From positions 1 to 64,000 of the IMG/VR virus record IMGVR_UViG_3300021420_000022: 64,000 nt of DNA. One strand, given 5' to 3'. This document shows positions 28,806 to 37,772 of the stretch, piece by piece. The notes beneath the pieces were generated by a model. The model had not been told where the DNA came from, searched no databases, and saw only the letters and a list, made by a program, of their open reading frames with translations. The DNA is from a virus. A program made the position numbers and the translations under genes. Position 1 is the first letter of the stretch. Each line of letters begins with the position of its first letter.

Positions 28806-29176
28806 TGCGGTTCTCCTTGATTTTTCTGATCCTGCTCAAATGCGTTTAGTTGTGCGAACCATTCGGCTTCAGCTTCCGTGCCGAACGCTAACACCGTTTC
28901 GATCACCGTGAAAAGCTGGCCAAAAATCTCTCGGGCGACTCGCGCCTTAACGCGGCACTGCTCGCTCTCGGTCTCGTCGGCAACATTCAATGATTGCTGC
29001 AGAGCCCCCTGAACAATATTATCCGCAATCTTTTTGATGTACGGCCAACCGGGAGTGCTCGAAGTTTGGGTTAGAATTACCTTAAGCGCTCTCAGTCGTT
29101 CTTGCTCGGCTTGAAGGCGCGTTTGCTCTTGCTTCTCTAATACCTGTTCCTGCGTCAATACTTTTTCTTCAGCCAT
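28799..29176 (-). CDS. Hypothetical portal-associated protein
   Basis: TPGW.YI helical motif typical of small genes after the portal; SD GAGG. Confidence 0.65.
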   Translation of the reverse strand: MAEEKVLTQEQVLEKQEQTRLQAEQERLRALKVILTQTSSTPGWPYIKKIADNIVQGALQQSLNVADETESEQCRVKARVAREIFGQLFTVIETVLAFGTEAEAEWFAQLNAFEQDQKNQGEPQW

Positions 29177-29471
29177 TCTTCTTCCTCGACTTCGGGACAT
29201 ATCCCAGACTAATAAGATTTTGAGGACCCTGCTCCGACTCTCTCTGCCAGACGCCCTCGTGCAGAACTTCATAGCATCGGGAGTCTAGATTCCAGCGGCG
29301 CAGACCTTCCAGTCTCGTCGACTGATCCAGGCCGAACTGCCGGTTCGAACTCGTGTCTCGACGCTCGTCGGGGCGACGGTACGACGTACCGGGGTCATAA
29401 GTTTGCTCTTGCTCACCGAGAGCCTCGGCGGCGTCAGGTTTCCCTGCAGCCTCAAATTCTTCGTTAGTCAT
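29169..29471 (-). CDS. Hypothetical protein
   Basis: TAATG coupling to the portal gene. Confidence 0.55.
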   Translation of the reverse strand: MTNEEFEAAGKPDAAEALGEQEQTYDPGTSYRRPDERRDTSSNRQFGLDQSTRLEGLRRWNLDSRCYEVLHEGVWQRESEQGPQNLISLGYVPKSRKKNG

Positions 29472-31591
29472 TAGACTGTTCCTTGCGGCATTTCCGAATT
29501 TTCACCGTTCTGATTATCCTGCATGTTCTCTAGAGCGTTTTGAGCGACATCGATGTGAGACTCCATCGCTTTCTTTACAGCAGCGACTCCGGCCTGCACC
29601 GTGCCCTTCTCGTTGATCGCTTCCAGATTATTTTGATGCTTCTGGGCCTCGACAGCCTGATCTTGCTGACCTTTCGCGTACGCCGCGTTCTGCTCCTGCA
29701 TACGCTTCAGATCGTCTGGCGTCATGTTCTGGAAGTACAGATCAACGTCGAAACCTTGAGCGTCGAGCATATCCGCCGCCCAGTTCGCGTAGTCAAACTT
29801 CTTGGCTTGAATCTGCAGCGAGGTCTGAACTGCCGGAGCGCTCAGCAACTGAATGATCATCGGAGCCAGTTGAGCTGACGCGGCTTTCGCGGTCAGATCG
29901 GCTCCGGCCAACACATCAATATCGATCTTGGCGTTATAGACTTCCTCGATGCTGCCCGACCACTCTTTTCCTTCCTCTTCCGTAAGAATCCGATTGATAT
30001 CTTCCGGCTGGAGGTTCTCCATGCAGAGCAGCATGAACTTCTCCAACGTCGGGAGGTAGATCATGTTGATGAAAATCTCAAGAAAATACTGCAGACGTTG
30101 AATAACGTCGCCCGTCAAAGCCTGCACGCCAGAGCCCGTACGTAGCGCCTGCGTCGGGAGGTTTACGCCGCCTTCCGCGCCAATACGCTTCGAGGCTCGC
30201 GCTTCGGAGTTCGCCATCGCCGCCGTAGCAGCGCCGCTAACATCCGGAGTTACCAGTGGCTTCAGTTCTGAAGTCTCGGTAATAACGCGACCGGGAGCCA
30301 ACGGGATGTTCTGGGTGCCCGGGCCAACGCCCTTGAGAGCTTGGAACACAGGATTCAGAACGAGAGCTAGAGAGTCGATCCAGCTATTCGCCACGCCGGA
30401 TTGGAACCTCTGCTCGCCAGCCAGCAATCTCGCTACACCGAATCCCCATGCGCTGCCGAGAACGTCGATGAACGCGCAAGTCCGAGCTGGAGTTTCGTTG
30501 TACTCGTTCTCGCTGAGGCGAATACACAGCTTACGCTGCAAAATGCCGATGACGTGATCTTCGGTCCAATACTCGATGTACTCCAGAGGACGCATCAGCG
30601 GGTCTGCTGACCCGGCTTCGGTGTCTAACTGCGCCTGAAACTCGCGCCACACGGCGCGCTTCTGGCCCGAAAAAGTATCTTCGGTCTGTTCACGGTCGGT
30701 AGTAAGAACCCGACGCAAAGTCTCGCGATCCGGAATACGGCTAACGCGCTTGCCGGTTTTCTTCCCATCCTCATCCAGTTCGGCGCGGCCATACGTATCC
30801 AAATCTTCGCGCCAGCCGTCTAGAGTATTCGCAGTGATCATCACCTGCTTAGCAACCCAGCGTGCGCCCTTCTGAACATCCTGACGCTTGCACTGCGCGT
30901 CAAAAGAGAAATTCTTCAGGTCGACATTCTCAAATTTCGGCAAATTCAGCAGAATGTCTTTCCACTTTCCCTTTACGTGACCGCTCGCATTTTTCGTATA
31001 AACGCGCTCGCGGACATTCTTCTGTTCCCAGCCCCACCAGCCGCAGCAGAACCCGTAGCTCAGGCACTGCTTCAGCGTCAGGCGCATCTCTTCTTTGAGC
31101 CCGGCCTGCTTGATGGCCCACGCCAATACGGACGCCTTAGCGCGAGCCGCTTCCGCTGAAGTCTTCCCTACTGGGGAAACTACAAACGGGCGGCGCTTGC
31201 CGGTGCCAAACAAGCTCATGTAGAACACGGGCATCAACTTCTCGATGCCCTCCATGACAGCGTAGATCGGCAGATTGGCGCGGGGCTTGCCGTCGGCCCA
31301 CACGCGGGGCTTCTGGAGCCCGAAAATCAAATCGTTCGAGGTGTCGACGAGAGCCGGGAGCAACGCTTTCGACTGCAGGAACGCTATGCCTGCCGAAACG
31401 TCAGTGAGCACGAGTCCCAGAGCCGTAGCATCATCATAAGGCTCATCACGGAACGCGGTATGCTCTTCGGTAAAGTTCGCTACCGCTGAGAACGCAGCAC
31501 TCGTATCGACCGACTCAGGTAGCGCGCCAAACCCACCGCTAGAAGCGGCCCCGCCTAAACCCGGGGAATTATCAATCGTGCCGCCAGACAT
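29471..31591 (-). CDS. Portal protein (P22/SU10-like)
   Basis: 706 aa after the terminase; WGFGVA.LL..EQ and DSL.LV.NP motifs; Q-rich barrel C-terminus. Confidence 0.88.
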   Translation of the reverse strand: MSGGTIDNSPGLGGAASSGGFGALPESVDTSAAFSAVANFTEEHTAFRDEPYDDATALGLVLTDVSAGIAFLQSKALLPALVDTSNDLIFGLQKPRVWADGKPRANLPIYAVMEGIEKLMPVFYMSLFGTGKRRPFVVSPVGKTSAEAARAKASVLAWAIKQAGLKEEMRLTLKQCLSYGFCCGWWGWEQKNVRERVYTKNASGHVKGKWKDILLNLPKFENVDLKNFSFDAQCKRQDVQKGARWVAKQVMITANTLDGWREDLDTYGRAELDEDGKKTGKRVSRIPDRETLRRVLTTDREQTEDTFSGQKRAVWREFQAQLDTEAGSADPLMRPLEYIEYWTEDHVIGILQRKLCIRLSENEYNETPARTCAFIDVLGSAWGFGVARLLAGEQRFQSGVANSWIDSLALVLNPVFQALKGVGPGTQNIPLAPGRVITETSELKPLVTPDVSGAATAAMANSEARASKRIGAEGGVNLPTQALRTGSGVQALTGDVIQRLQYFLEIFINMIYLPTLEKFMLLCMENLQPEDINRILTEEEGKEWSGSIEEVYNAKIDIDVLAGADLTAKAASAQLAPMIIQLLSAPAVQTSLQIQAKKFDYANWAADMLDAQGFDVDLYFQNMTPDDLKRMQEQNAAYAKGQQDQAVEAQKHQNNLEAINEKGTVQAGVAAVKKAMESHIDVAQNALENMQDNQNGENSEMPQGTV

Positions 31592-31600
31592 TTAATCTCC

Positions 31601-33247
31601 TCAATCTATAATGCCAAATGATCCTTGCGCTGCAGACCAATCCGAATTGAACGCGTCGAAACCGTCACTCGGGTCCGCTGCTATTTTCTGGCGTTCGAGA
31701 ATCTGATCGGCAAGAGTTACCGCTTCCTGCTGACGGACCATCTCAAAAATCGGATTTACTTTCGGCTTTATCGGTTGCGCGATCATCGTGCCGATCATAT
31801 GCGTTGCGAACAGCGCGATAGTGTCGATGTAATCGTCGTGCTTGTGCTTGCCGCCAGGGAATATTTCAAACTGCGCCGCAATCTTGTCCCAAGCTGTGAC
31901 CGTATCGAAAAACCGAAGACGCCGACCACTCATCAAACCTTGAAGGCTGCCGATGCGCGTGTACTTCGCGTCCTTCCGAACATCGAGCTTCAAGAATTCG
32001 AGCGGGAGAAAAACTTTCTTTTCAGAAGCCACAAGCCGAAGATAATCCATAAAAAAGATAGCACTACTAGATTTCTCAAAGTAGATTGTAACCGGCCTGT
32101 ATTCGAGTGCCGCAAGGATTATCTGCTCGGCGAGCAACGACGAGGGCCACTGTCCGCCGCGAGCCTCCACAACATACTGTGTCATCTGTAGATCGTGCGC
32201 TCCGATTATTATACAAGAATCGTCTGCCGTGTCGGAGTTGGTGCTAGCGAGATCAACAAAGAAAACTTTCGGACTCAACTTCAAAACGTCGGCCTTCTTA
32301 ACTCGGCACGACTCCAGCAAAGCCTTGGTAAACTTCTGACCGCCCTTCTGCATGGGCTGGTTCAGATACTGACTGGCGAACATCTCGGGATCGCTATCCC
32401 GCATGAAATCCAGTTGTGCTTTCGTGAACCCAATCAACTTCTTATCGACTACTGATCCATCTTCCAGTATCGTAGTACGGTTGACTTCTTGCTGCGGAAA
32501 TAACGGCGTCAGTTGCTCTGCGTCCGCCCAGCAAGTCCGAAAGCTTACGCGCCACTCGCCCTTGATGTTGGCGCGCATGATGTTCTCGTAAACATCGCCG
32601 AAAGCATAGCGCGTACCCGTCATGATCGCGTAGAACGGCGCGTCCATCAAAGGCATGCACGCGAAGAAGTCTTGCTGAACCCGAGCCAGCTTAATCTTCG
32701 ACCGATAATTCTGGTCGTTTACCAAGTCATCGAAGAAGCCAATGTCATAGTGCGTACCAGTCTTGATCGAATTCGGCGACGCGACCGTAACTGTAGCTTG
32801 CGCTAAACCCATGTTCCGGCGAGCCGGGACTGTGAACGACATCGAGTTCCCGAGGTCGCCTTCGGTACAAAACTCAGGGAAGAAGTCCGCTAAATGTGAA
32901 TTCGGATTCGTGCCCGTAAAGTGCGCCCGAATTTCATTCAGCCACGCCTTCGTAATCGCGATGCTACCACGCATGATCAAAATACGGATGTCGGGGAAGT
33001 TCAGAATCGCCTGAATGATGTCGACGACAACAGCCGTAGTCTTGTAGTGACCACGAGGCCACAAGATCAGGACCTTAGCTATGTCCGATTGCTTTGCCCA
33101 CGCCTTGTGGTCGTCGTACTGGAAGAACTGACTCCACAACGGCGAGTGTACCGCAGGAACGAAGTCATAGCCCAGAACTTCGGCCAGCTTCTGCTTGTCC
33201 TTCTTCAATTCCCTGCGCATTCTTTCTATTTCTGATTGTAATGCCAC
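31601..33247 (-). CDS. terL: Terminase large subunit
   Basis: Walker A PRGHYKTT, Walker B FFDDLV, GTRY coupling motif, RNase H-like nuclease acidic residues (VDLA, HDDYID). Confidence 0.95.
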   Translation of the reverse strand: MALQSEIERMRRELKKDKQKLAEVLGYDFVPAVHSPLWSQFFQYDDHKAWAKQSDIAKVLILWPRGHYKTTAVVVDIIQAILNFPDIRILIMRGSIAITKAWLNEIRAHFTGTNPNSHLADFFPEFCTEGDLGNSMSFTVPARRNMGLAQATVTVASPNSIKTGTHYDIGFFDDLVNDQNYRSKIKLARVQQDFFACMPLMDAPFYAIMTGTRYAFGDVYENIMRANIKGEWRVSFRTCWADAEQLTPLFPQQEVNRTTILEDGSVVDKKLIGFTKAQLDFMRDSDPEMFASQYLNQPMQKGGQKFTKALLESCRVKKADVLKLSPKVFFVDLASTNSDTADDSCIIIGAHDLQMTQYVVEARGGQWPSSLLAEQIILAALEYRPVTIYFEKSSSAIFFMDYLRLVASEKKVFLPLEFLKLDVRKDAKYTRIGSLQGLMSGRRLRFFDTVTAWDKIAAQFEIFPGGKHKHDDYIDTIALFATHMIGTMIAQPIKPKVNPIFEMVRQQEAVTLADQILERQKIAADPSDGFDAFNSDWSAAQGSFGIID

Positions 33248-33286
33248 GCTGCCTAACCCACAGTAAAACTAAAACTAAAACAAAAA

Positions 33287-34180
33287 TTATGAAGATAGCC
33301 CGGGGATGAGAGGGTGTTGCTCGCACTCCCGATACTTTCGTGGCAACCGCGTTTGGTCTTTTGGGAGGTGCCCACCGATCCATGCTGACACCGAGTTCTT
33401 CCCGGGATTCAGCAACAGGTCCTCAATTACCGTCTCGGGTTCCGCGATCATCAACCGTGCTTCCCCGACCGACCCAACCATGACACCAATCATCTTGTGC
33501 GTACGCGAATCAAATAGCGGGCTGCCGCTCGACCCGTGGCCGATAGTGATGTCCACCGGCATCGTGTTCTTCCACTGAGGATAGTCTTGAAGCATCCGAG
33601 AGAAGTGGGGGAACCGACGATCTACGTAAGTCCCGTGAAACTCGACTTTGCCCATATCCAGCGGAAACGAAACGTTCTCGACTGGATCACCCGGCTGCAA
33701 AAAATCCTCGTGTTCTAAAGTCTCAGGAATGATCGGATGCGCCGCTGATAGACCGTTAATGACCTTCAGTACAGCCAAGTCGTCGTCCTGCGAGATCGAA
33801 TAAAGCTCCGTCTGGTAATAAGGCCCAGCAAGGTTGCCATTGAATGAGACAAACTCATTCGGAATGAACCCAGGAAGAACGTCGTTCTCCGGATCGCCAT
33901 CTTCCCAAACGCAGTGTTTCGCTGTGACAAACAAGGCCGACGTACCCTCGTATCCGATTACAGAGCCGCTGCAAATCATTGCATAAGGACCGTCGCCGTT
34001 AGCTGAATTCGGATTCGGAATCGAGATCGCGCCGACTGCCGCCACTTCGACATCGTGAGGATCGAACCCTTGGAACGGATCGTACTGCTTATGCTTGGCG
34101 GCCATTGAGACAGGCAGTGCCAGCAGAAAGGCTAAGAACAATGCGAGAAAAACTTTCACTGGATTGTCCCAACAGCGCAT
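33287..34180 (-). CDS. Secreted trypsin-like (S1) serine protease
   Basis: Signal peptide; TAKHC, DLAVL and GSSGSP catalytic triad motifs. Confidence 0.88.
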   Translation of the reverse strand: MRCWDNPVKVFLALFLAFLLALPVSMAAKHKQYDPFQGFDPHDVEVAAVGAISIPNPNSANGDGPYAMICSGSVIGYEGTSALFVTAKHCVWEDGDPENDVLPGFIPNEFVSFNGNLAGPYYQTELYSISQDDDLAVLKVINGLSAAHPIIPETLEHEDFLQPGDPVENVSFPLDMGKVEFHGTYVDRRFPHFSRMLQDYPQWKNTMPVDITIGHGSSGSPLFDSRTHKMIGVMVGSVGEARLMIAEPETVIEDLLLNPGKNSVSAWIGGHLPKDQTRLPRKYRECEQHPLIPGLSS

Positions 34181-34220
34181 GATTTATCGTCGCCCGCTCA
34201 CTGCGGTCCGCTGCTCGACG

Positions 34221-34424
34221 TTAACGCTGATCTTGATCATCATCCTTCCGCGCCGGGCTAAATGCGTGACCGGCTATCCCACCGACTACGACGCTAGTGA
34301 ACGCTACGAAAGTGGGGTCCATGTGATGGAACCACTGAAGCGCCGCGCCGACTCCGAAAATGCTGCCGATAATTGGAAGGTGATAGTCTTTGACGTTAGT
34401 CAAAATCTTATCTAAACTCATCAT
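34221..34424 (-). CDS. Small 2-TM holin-like protein
   Basis: Two TM helices, charged C-terminus, Met-Met start. Confidence 0.6.
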   Translation of the reverse strand: MMSLDKILTNVKDYHLPIIGSIFGVGAALQWFHHMDPTFVAFTSVVVGGIAGHAFSPARKDDDQDQR

Positions 34425-34576
34425 TGCTGTTCCTACTGAGATCGCCGAGAGGGGAGCCTAGAACTCCCCTCCGGCCTAACCCGGCTTTAACGGGATGGCC
34501 CTGAGTTTCACAGGAGTTCATTCGAGAGCGTTGCAAATCAATGTGATGCAGACGGCAAAACTCGAATAGAAGTTTT

Positions 34577-34879
34577 TTATTTCAACGACGACAAGAGCGC
34601 CGCGAGAATGAGGCCAACCTGATACATACTGAAATCAAGAAGACTGCTGCCTCGCTGTGCTGCGTTTTCGTATTTGTAGTCGAACCAAAATTCTTTTGGA
34701 ACGGCCCACGCTTCAACTAAGATCACTCCAAACCACAGTGGACTCCCAAAGTACATCGCGGTCAATGCGATGCTGTAACCACCGAGGATGTGCGCGATCT
34801 GAATGAAGATTCTATCGGCTAGTTCTGCTGACGGCCACGGGGTTGCGAGCCAACTAGAAAGTTTCGAGTATAAACTCAT
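34577..34879 (-). CDS. Small membrane protein (KE..D motif)
   Basis: AH..G..PKEFWFD...D motif; three hydrophobic segments. Confidence 0.65.
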   Translation of the reverse strand: MSLYSKLSSWLATPWPSAELADRIFIQIAHILGGYSIALTAMYFGSPLWFGVILVEAWAVPKEFWFDYKYENAAQRGSSLLDFSMYQVGLILAALLSSLK

Positions 34880-35109
34880 TTCTTCCCCATAGCCATCAAG
34901 CCGATGGCTGCGCGAGACTGTCGTGCCGTTTCGCTGTTGCCTTTGCTATGACTGTGAGCGAACCCGCTGGTCGACTGCCCCGCTTTCTGTGCTTTAGCGC
35001 GGAGCGCGCCGGGCTTCGTGATCTTAAAGGACCCTTTCGAGCCCAAGTTGACCACTTTCGTTTTCTTGGCTGACTTGGACTTTCCGGTAAGACCGTCATT
35101 GTTGAGCAT
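34876..35109 (-). CDS. Small basic protein (KPGAL motif)
   Basis: SD GAGG before MLNNDG; K/R-rich. Confidence 0.6.
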   Translation of the reverse strand: MLNNDGLTGKSKSAKKTKVVNLGSKGSFKITKPGALRAKAQKAGQSTSGFAHSHSKGNSETARQSRAAIGLMAMGKK

Positions 35110-35425
35110 TGCTTTCCTCGCTAGCGGCGAAAGCTTTCTTTTCGCGAGCTTCCTTCCGTAAAAGTTCTCGATGGACACCGGAGCCATTGGGCATACGCGG
35201 ATGCCTCTTCAACTGATCTCGAAGTTCAGCCAACTGATGGCTAAGTGCGAGAAAATATTTAGTAGGCAGCTTCGGGTCGTGCAGCCTCTGTGAAATAAGT
35301 CGAATGTGCTCCCGCAACCCGATGGCCCGCTTCGGCAAGCTAGAAAAATCCGTTCGCGGACGACCGCCGTACGTCTTGCCCGGACTCATCCGTGCAGGAA
35401 GCTCTTGCTGAACCTCGTCGGCCAT
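35096..35425 (-). CDS. Hypothetical basic protein, possible terminase small subunit
   Basis: GGRPR motif and helical body, upstream of terL; assignment tentative. Confidence 0.4.
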   Translation of the reverse strand: MADEVQQELPARMSPGKTYGGRPRTDFSSLPKRAIGLREHIRLISQRLHDPKLPTKYFLALSHQLAELRDQLKRHPRMPNGSGVHRELLRKEAREKKAFAASEESNAQQ

Positions 35426-35664
35426 CAGAGTTTTGACTTAATCCGGTCGACGACGGCCTTGACTTCATCGGAGATCGTCTTGCCCTCGGCACTTGCCTCG
35501 GCCTCGATCTTCGCGACCTCGCCCTTGAGCTCTTCGGTGTACTGCTTGAGCAGGCCGTACAAGCGCTGAATCTCGGCTTGCGCTGCCTCTTGCTGAACAG
35601 TCAGGTAGCCGACTTTCGCGGCCAAGTGATCGACGGTTACGGGTGCTGCTGGTGTTATCTGCAT
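35425..35664 (-). CDS. Coiled-coil hypothetical protein
   Basis: SD AAGGAG; heptad pattern. Confidence 0.65.
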   Translation of the reverse strand: MQITPAAPVTVDHLAAKVGYLTVQQEAAQAEIQRLYGLLKQYTEELKGEVAKIEAEASAEGKTISDEVKAVVDRIKSKL

Positions 35665-35665
35665 T

Positions 35666-35905
35666 TCATTCTCCTTTTATTTCTTTCCAAGTTTCAACTT
35701 CGGCTAACAACTTCGCGACTGCTGCTTTCGCGACTTGCTGACGAACGACTTGATTAGTTCTCAGGTCTTCTTTCGCGGCTTCGCGAATTGCGATGACCAG
35801 TTCGTCCTTCAAGGTCTCGATCAAAACTTTATCGAGGAACAGACTGACGGTCGCGGTAAGCGCTAACCGATCAGGATTGGTTGGGTCGACTGTCAAAGTT
35901 ATCAT
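35666..35905 (-). CDS. Hypothetical protein
   Basis: SD GGAAGGA; within the operon. Confidence 0.6.
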   Translation of the reverse strand: MITLTVDPTNPDRLALTATVSLFLDKVLIETLKDELVIAIREAAKEDLRTNQVVRQQVAKAAVAKLLAEVETWKEIKGE

Positions 35906-36254
35906 ACTGTCCTTCCTGTTCTACGAGATCAATTACGTACGGATTTACTACGTCTGACTTTGGTCCAAAGATTCTCAAATCGGTAGCTTTCGAATCGATC
36001 TCCCAACGGAGGCCCGCAAAGAAAAATCTCGGCACCGCGCTATCGTCGATACGCTCGAAGCCCGCGTTCACCGCGTCGGCCTCGCTGAATGCATCGATGA
36101 GCTTTTGAAACACAGCTGGGCTGAGCGTCACGTGATATCTGCCGTCATTGAAGCGCTGAACGTTCTGCGACATCAGATGGCCAACGCCCTGCCGAATCGC
36201 GGCAAGATGAAGAGGGCTCTTTCCGATCTTAATTACTACCATCGAGGACGACAT
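35871..36254 (-). CDS. Hypothetical protein
   Basis: SD AAGGAG; within the operon. Confidence 0.6.
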   Translation of the reverse strand: MSSSMVVIKIGKSPLHLAAIRQGVGHLMSQNVQRFNDGRYHVTLSPAVFQKLIDAFSEADAVNAGFERIDDSAVPRFFFAGLRWEIDSKATDLRIFGPKSDVVNPYVIDLVEQEGQYDNFDSRPNQS

Positions 36255-36256
36255 GG

Positions 36257-36763
36257 TTACTCCTTCGACTGCCCCGCCTTACTGAACCCGATAGCCCGAA
36301 TCATTGCTTCTTTCGCCGCGCCGGTCTTACCGGTCTTCGTAACGCTCTTCGGAACGTTTTTGTGGACTTCACGCATCGCCGCGCCGAGTTTATCCTGCTT
36401 CTTCGATTTGAACGTGACGTTCTTCTTCAAGCTCTGGACTTTGAGTTTCTTCCCGCCCGGCATAGTCTTCGGGGCCTTGCCAGTCAGAACTGCGGGCGAC
36501 GGGAGGACGATCTCGTCCTTGTGCATCTTGTAAAGGCCGGTCTTTTTGATCAGGCCGCCCTTCTTCATGCTGCCGAGTACGGCCAGCTCGTTGCGCTTGT
36601 TGAAATCGCCTTGCTTCAGTTCTTTAGTTTGATCCATGCCTTTCGATTCCGCCTTACCTTGCGCAGCGATATAGTCGCGCTTCTCAGCGGCATCCGGAAT
36701 GTGCGCGGCGGTAACCCCTCGCGTTTTGGAGAGATCGGCTTTTTCTTGCTCGGTAGCTGGCAT
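36257..36763 (-). CDS. Basic hypothetical virion-associated protein
   Basis: KKGG...HKDEIVLP and AIGFSKAG motifs typical of small phage late proteins. Confidence 0.65.
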   Translation of the reverse strand: MPATEQEKADLSKTRGVTAAHIPDAAEKRDYIAAQGKAESKGMDQTKELKQGDFNKRNELAVLGSMKKGGLIKKTGLYKMHKDEIVLPSPAVLTGKAPKTMPGGKKLKVQSLKKNVTFKSKKQDKLGAAMREVHKNVPKSVTKTGKTGAAKEAMIRAIGFSKAGQSKE

Positions 36764-36782
36764 GTTAGAGCTCCAATCGAAA

Positions 36783-37073
36783 TTACTGCATCAACGGAAT
36801 CCACCACGTGGTTCCGCCCAAAATTATCTTTGCGAAATTAACTACAGTGCGCGGCGTTGTAGGTCCACCACCGGTTCCCTTCTGCGGTGCGCTCACAGTC
36901 TGGTTAGCGCCGTTGCCTACGCCTTGCACGCCGCACAGCACGGTCAGATTCCCGAGCGACGAGCCGATGTAGAGTTGCTCTTCGTCGGTTGCGAAGTACA
37001 GCTCCCCGAGGGCCAAGGCGGGAATATGGGCCTTAGCCCCTCGGAGAACTTGCAATGTCAAATTGCGAGCCAT
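36783..37073 (-). CDS. Mtd-N / hyaluronidase N-terminal-like fibre adaptor
   Basis: LQVLRG...LALGELYFATDEEQLYIG motif. Confidence 0.7.
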   Translation of the reverse strand: MARNLTLQVLRGAKAHIPALALGELYFATDEEQLYIGSSLGNLTVLCGVQGVGNGANQTVSAPQKGTGGGPTTPRTVVNFAKIILGGTTWWIPLMQ

Positions 37074-37582
37074 CAGAACGTCCCTGCGTCGATAAGTGTT
37101 AACGACGACCCTGCCGCTATAGTAGCCGGAAGTTGCGTCTCTGCTAAAAACCCAGAGATGTCTGCAAAACTCGGTTGAGCCAAATGTTGAACCCCATCTG
37201 AGCTTATGTAAGTCACAAACTCATGAACGACCGGCGCGCCCAACCATTGAACGTCCGTCATTGCGGGGTTTTGAGGTGTCACGGTGGCGATTGTGGTCCA
37301 ATTCGCCGAGTTACTGGCCGGAAACGCCGTCAAAATGTAGGTTACACCATTGCTAGCGGAGACCGCGATATCACCGACGTTGGCCGCTAAACCGGTCAAC
37401 GCGGCGGGGTTCGCCACGTTAAAGACCGTATGTTTCTGTCCAAGTCGCTGAAAAGCTGTTCCGGTATCAATGAAAAGTTCGTTACTGTCCGTAGTCCACG
37501 CCAAAATGCCCGGCTGACCAGTGCTAGAGGGCAAGTTAGCGAGAAGACCGCGATACAGGGCCATCTTTACGTTGAGAGGCAT
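37073..37582 (-). CDS. Mtd-N-like fibre adaptor with C-terminal IDAGTF motif
   Basis: YRG..ANLP...G..AWTTDSNELFID motif. Confidence 0.7.
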   Translation of the reverse strand: MPLNVKMALYRGLLANLPSSTGQPGILAWTTDSNELFIDTGTAFQRLGQKHTVFNVANPAALTGLAANVGDIAVSASNGVTYILTAFPASNSANWTTIATVTPQNPAMTDVQWLGAPVVHEFVTYISSDGVQHLAQPSFADISGFLAETQLPATIAAGSSLTLIDAGTF

Positions 37583-37716
37583 CAGAATGTACCCAAGTCA
37601 ACGAAAATTGGCCGATGAGCTCTCTCGACAAACAGGTCGATGAACCATTGCAACGAGTTCAGGACGTTATCTGTGCGATAGATGTCATCTGCTTCAAAGG
37701 AAAATAGTCTGCTCAT
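37582..37716 (-). CDS. 44-aa peptide ending VDLGTF, absent from the ORF track
   Basis: TGATG coupling; shares the DxGTF terminus with the downstream gene. Confidence 0.55.
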   Translation of the reverse strand: MSRLFSFEADDIYRTDNVLNSLQWFIDLFVERAHRPIFVDLGTF

Positions 37717-37735
37717 CGTATTTAAAATTGAGAAG

Positions 37736-37758
37736 CTCGGAATTTTTAGTTCCGAGCC
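37736..37758 (-). terminator. Hairpin after the ice-binding protein gene
   Basis: GCTCGGAA...TTCCGAGC inverted repeat. Confidence 0.5.
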
Positions 37759-37772
37759 TCACAAATCTCAAA

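Noticed and set aside
34430-34572. Twister ribozyme or c-di-GMP-I riboswitch
   Set aside because: Only partial resemblance (AAGCC loop; CCUAA/AUGG); the required pseudoknot partners and the GNRA P2 element were not found
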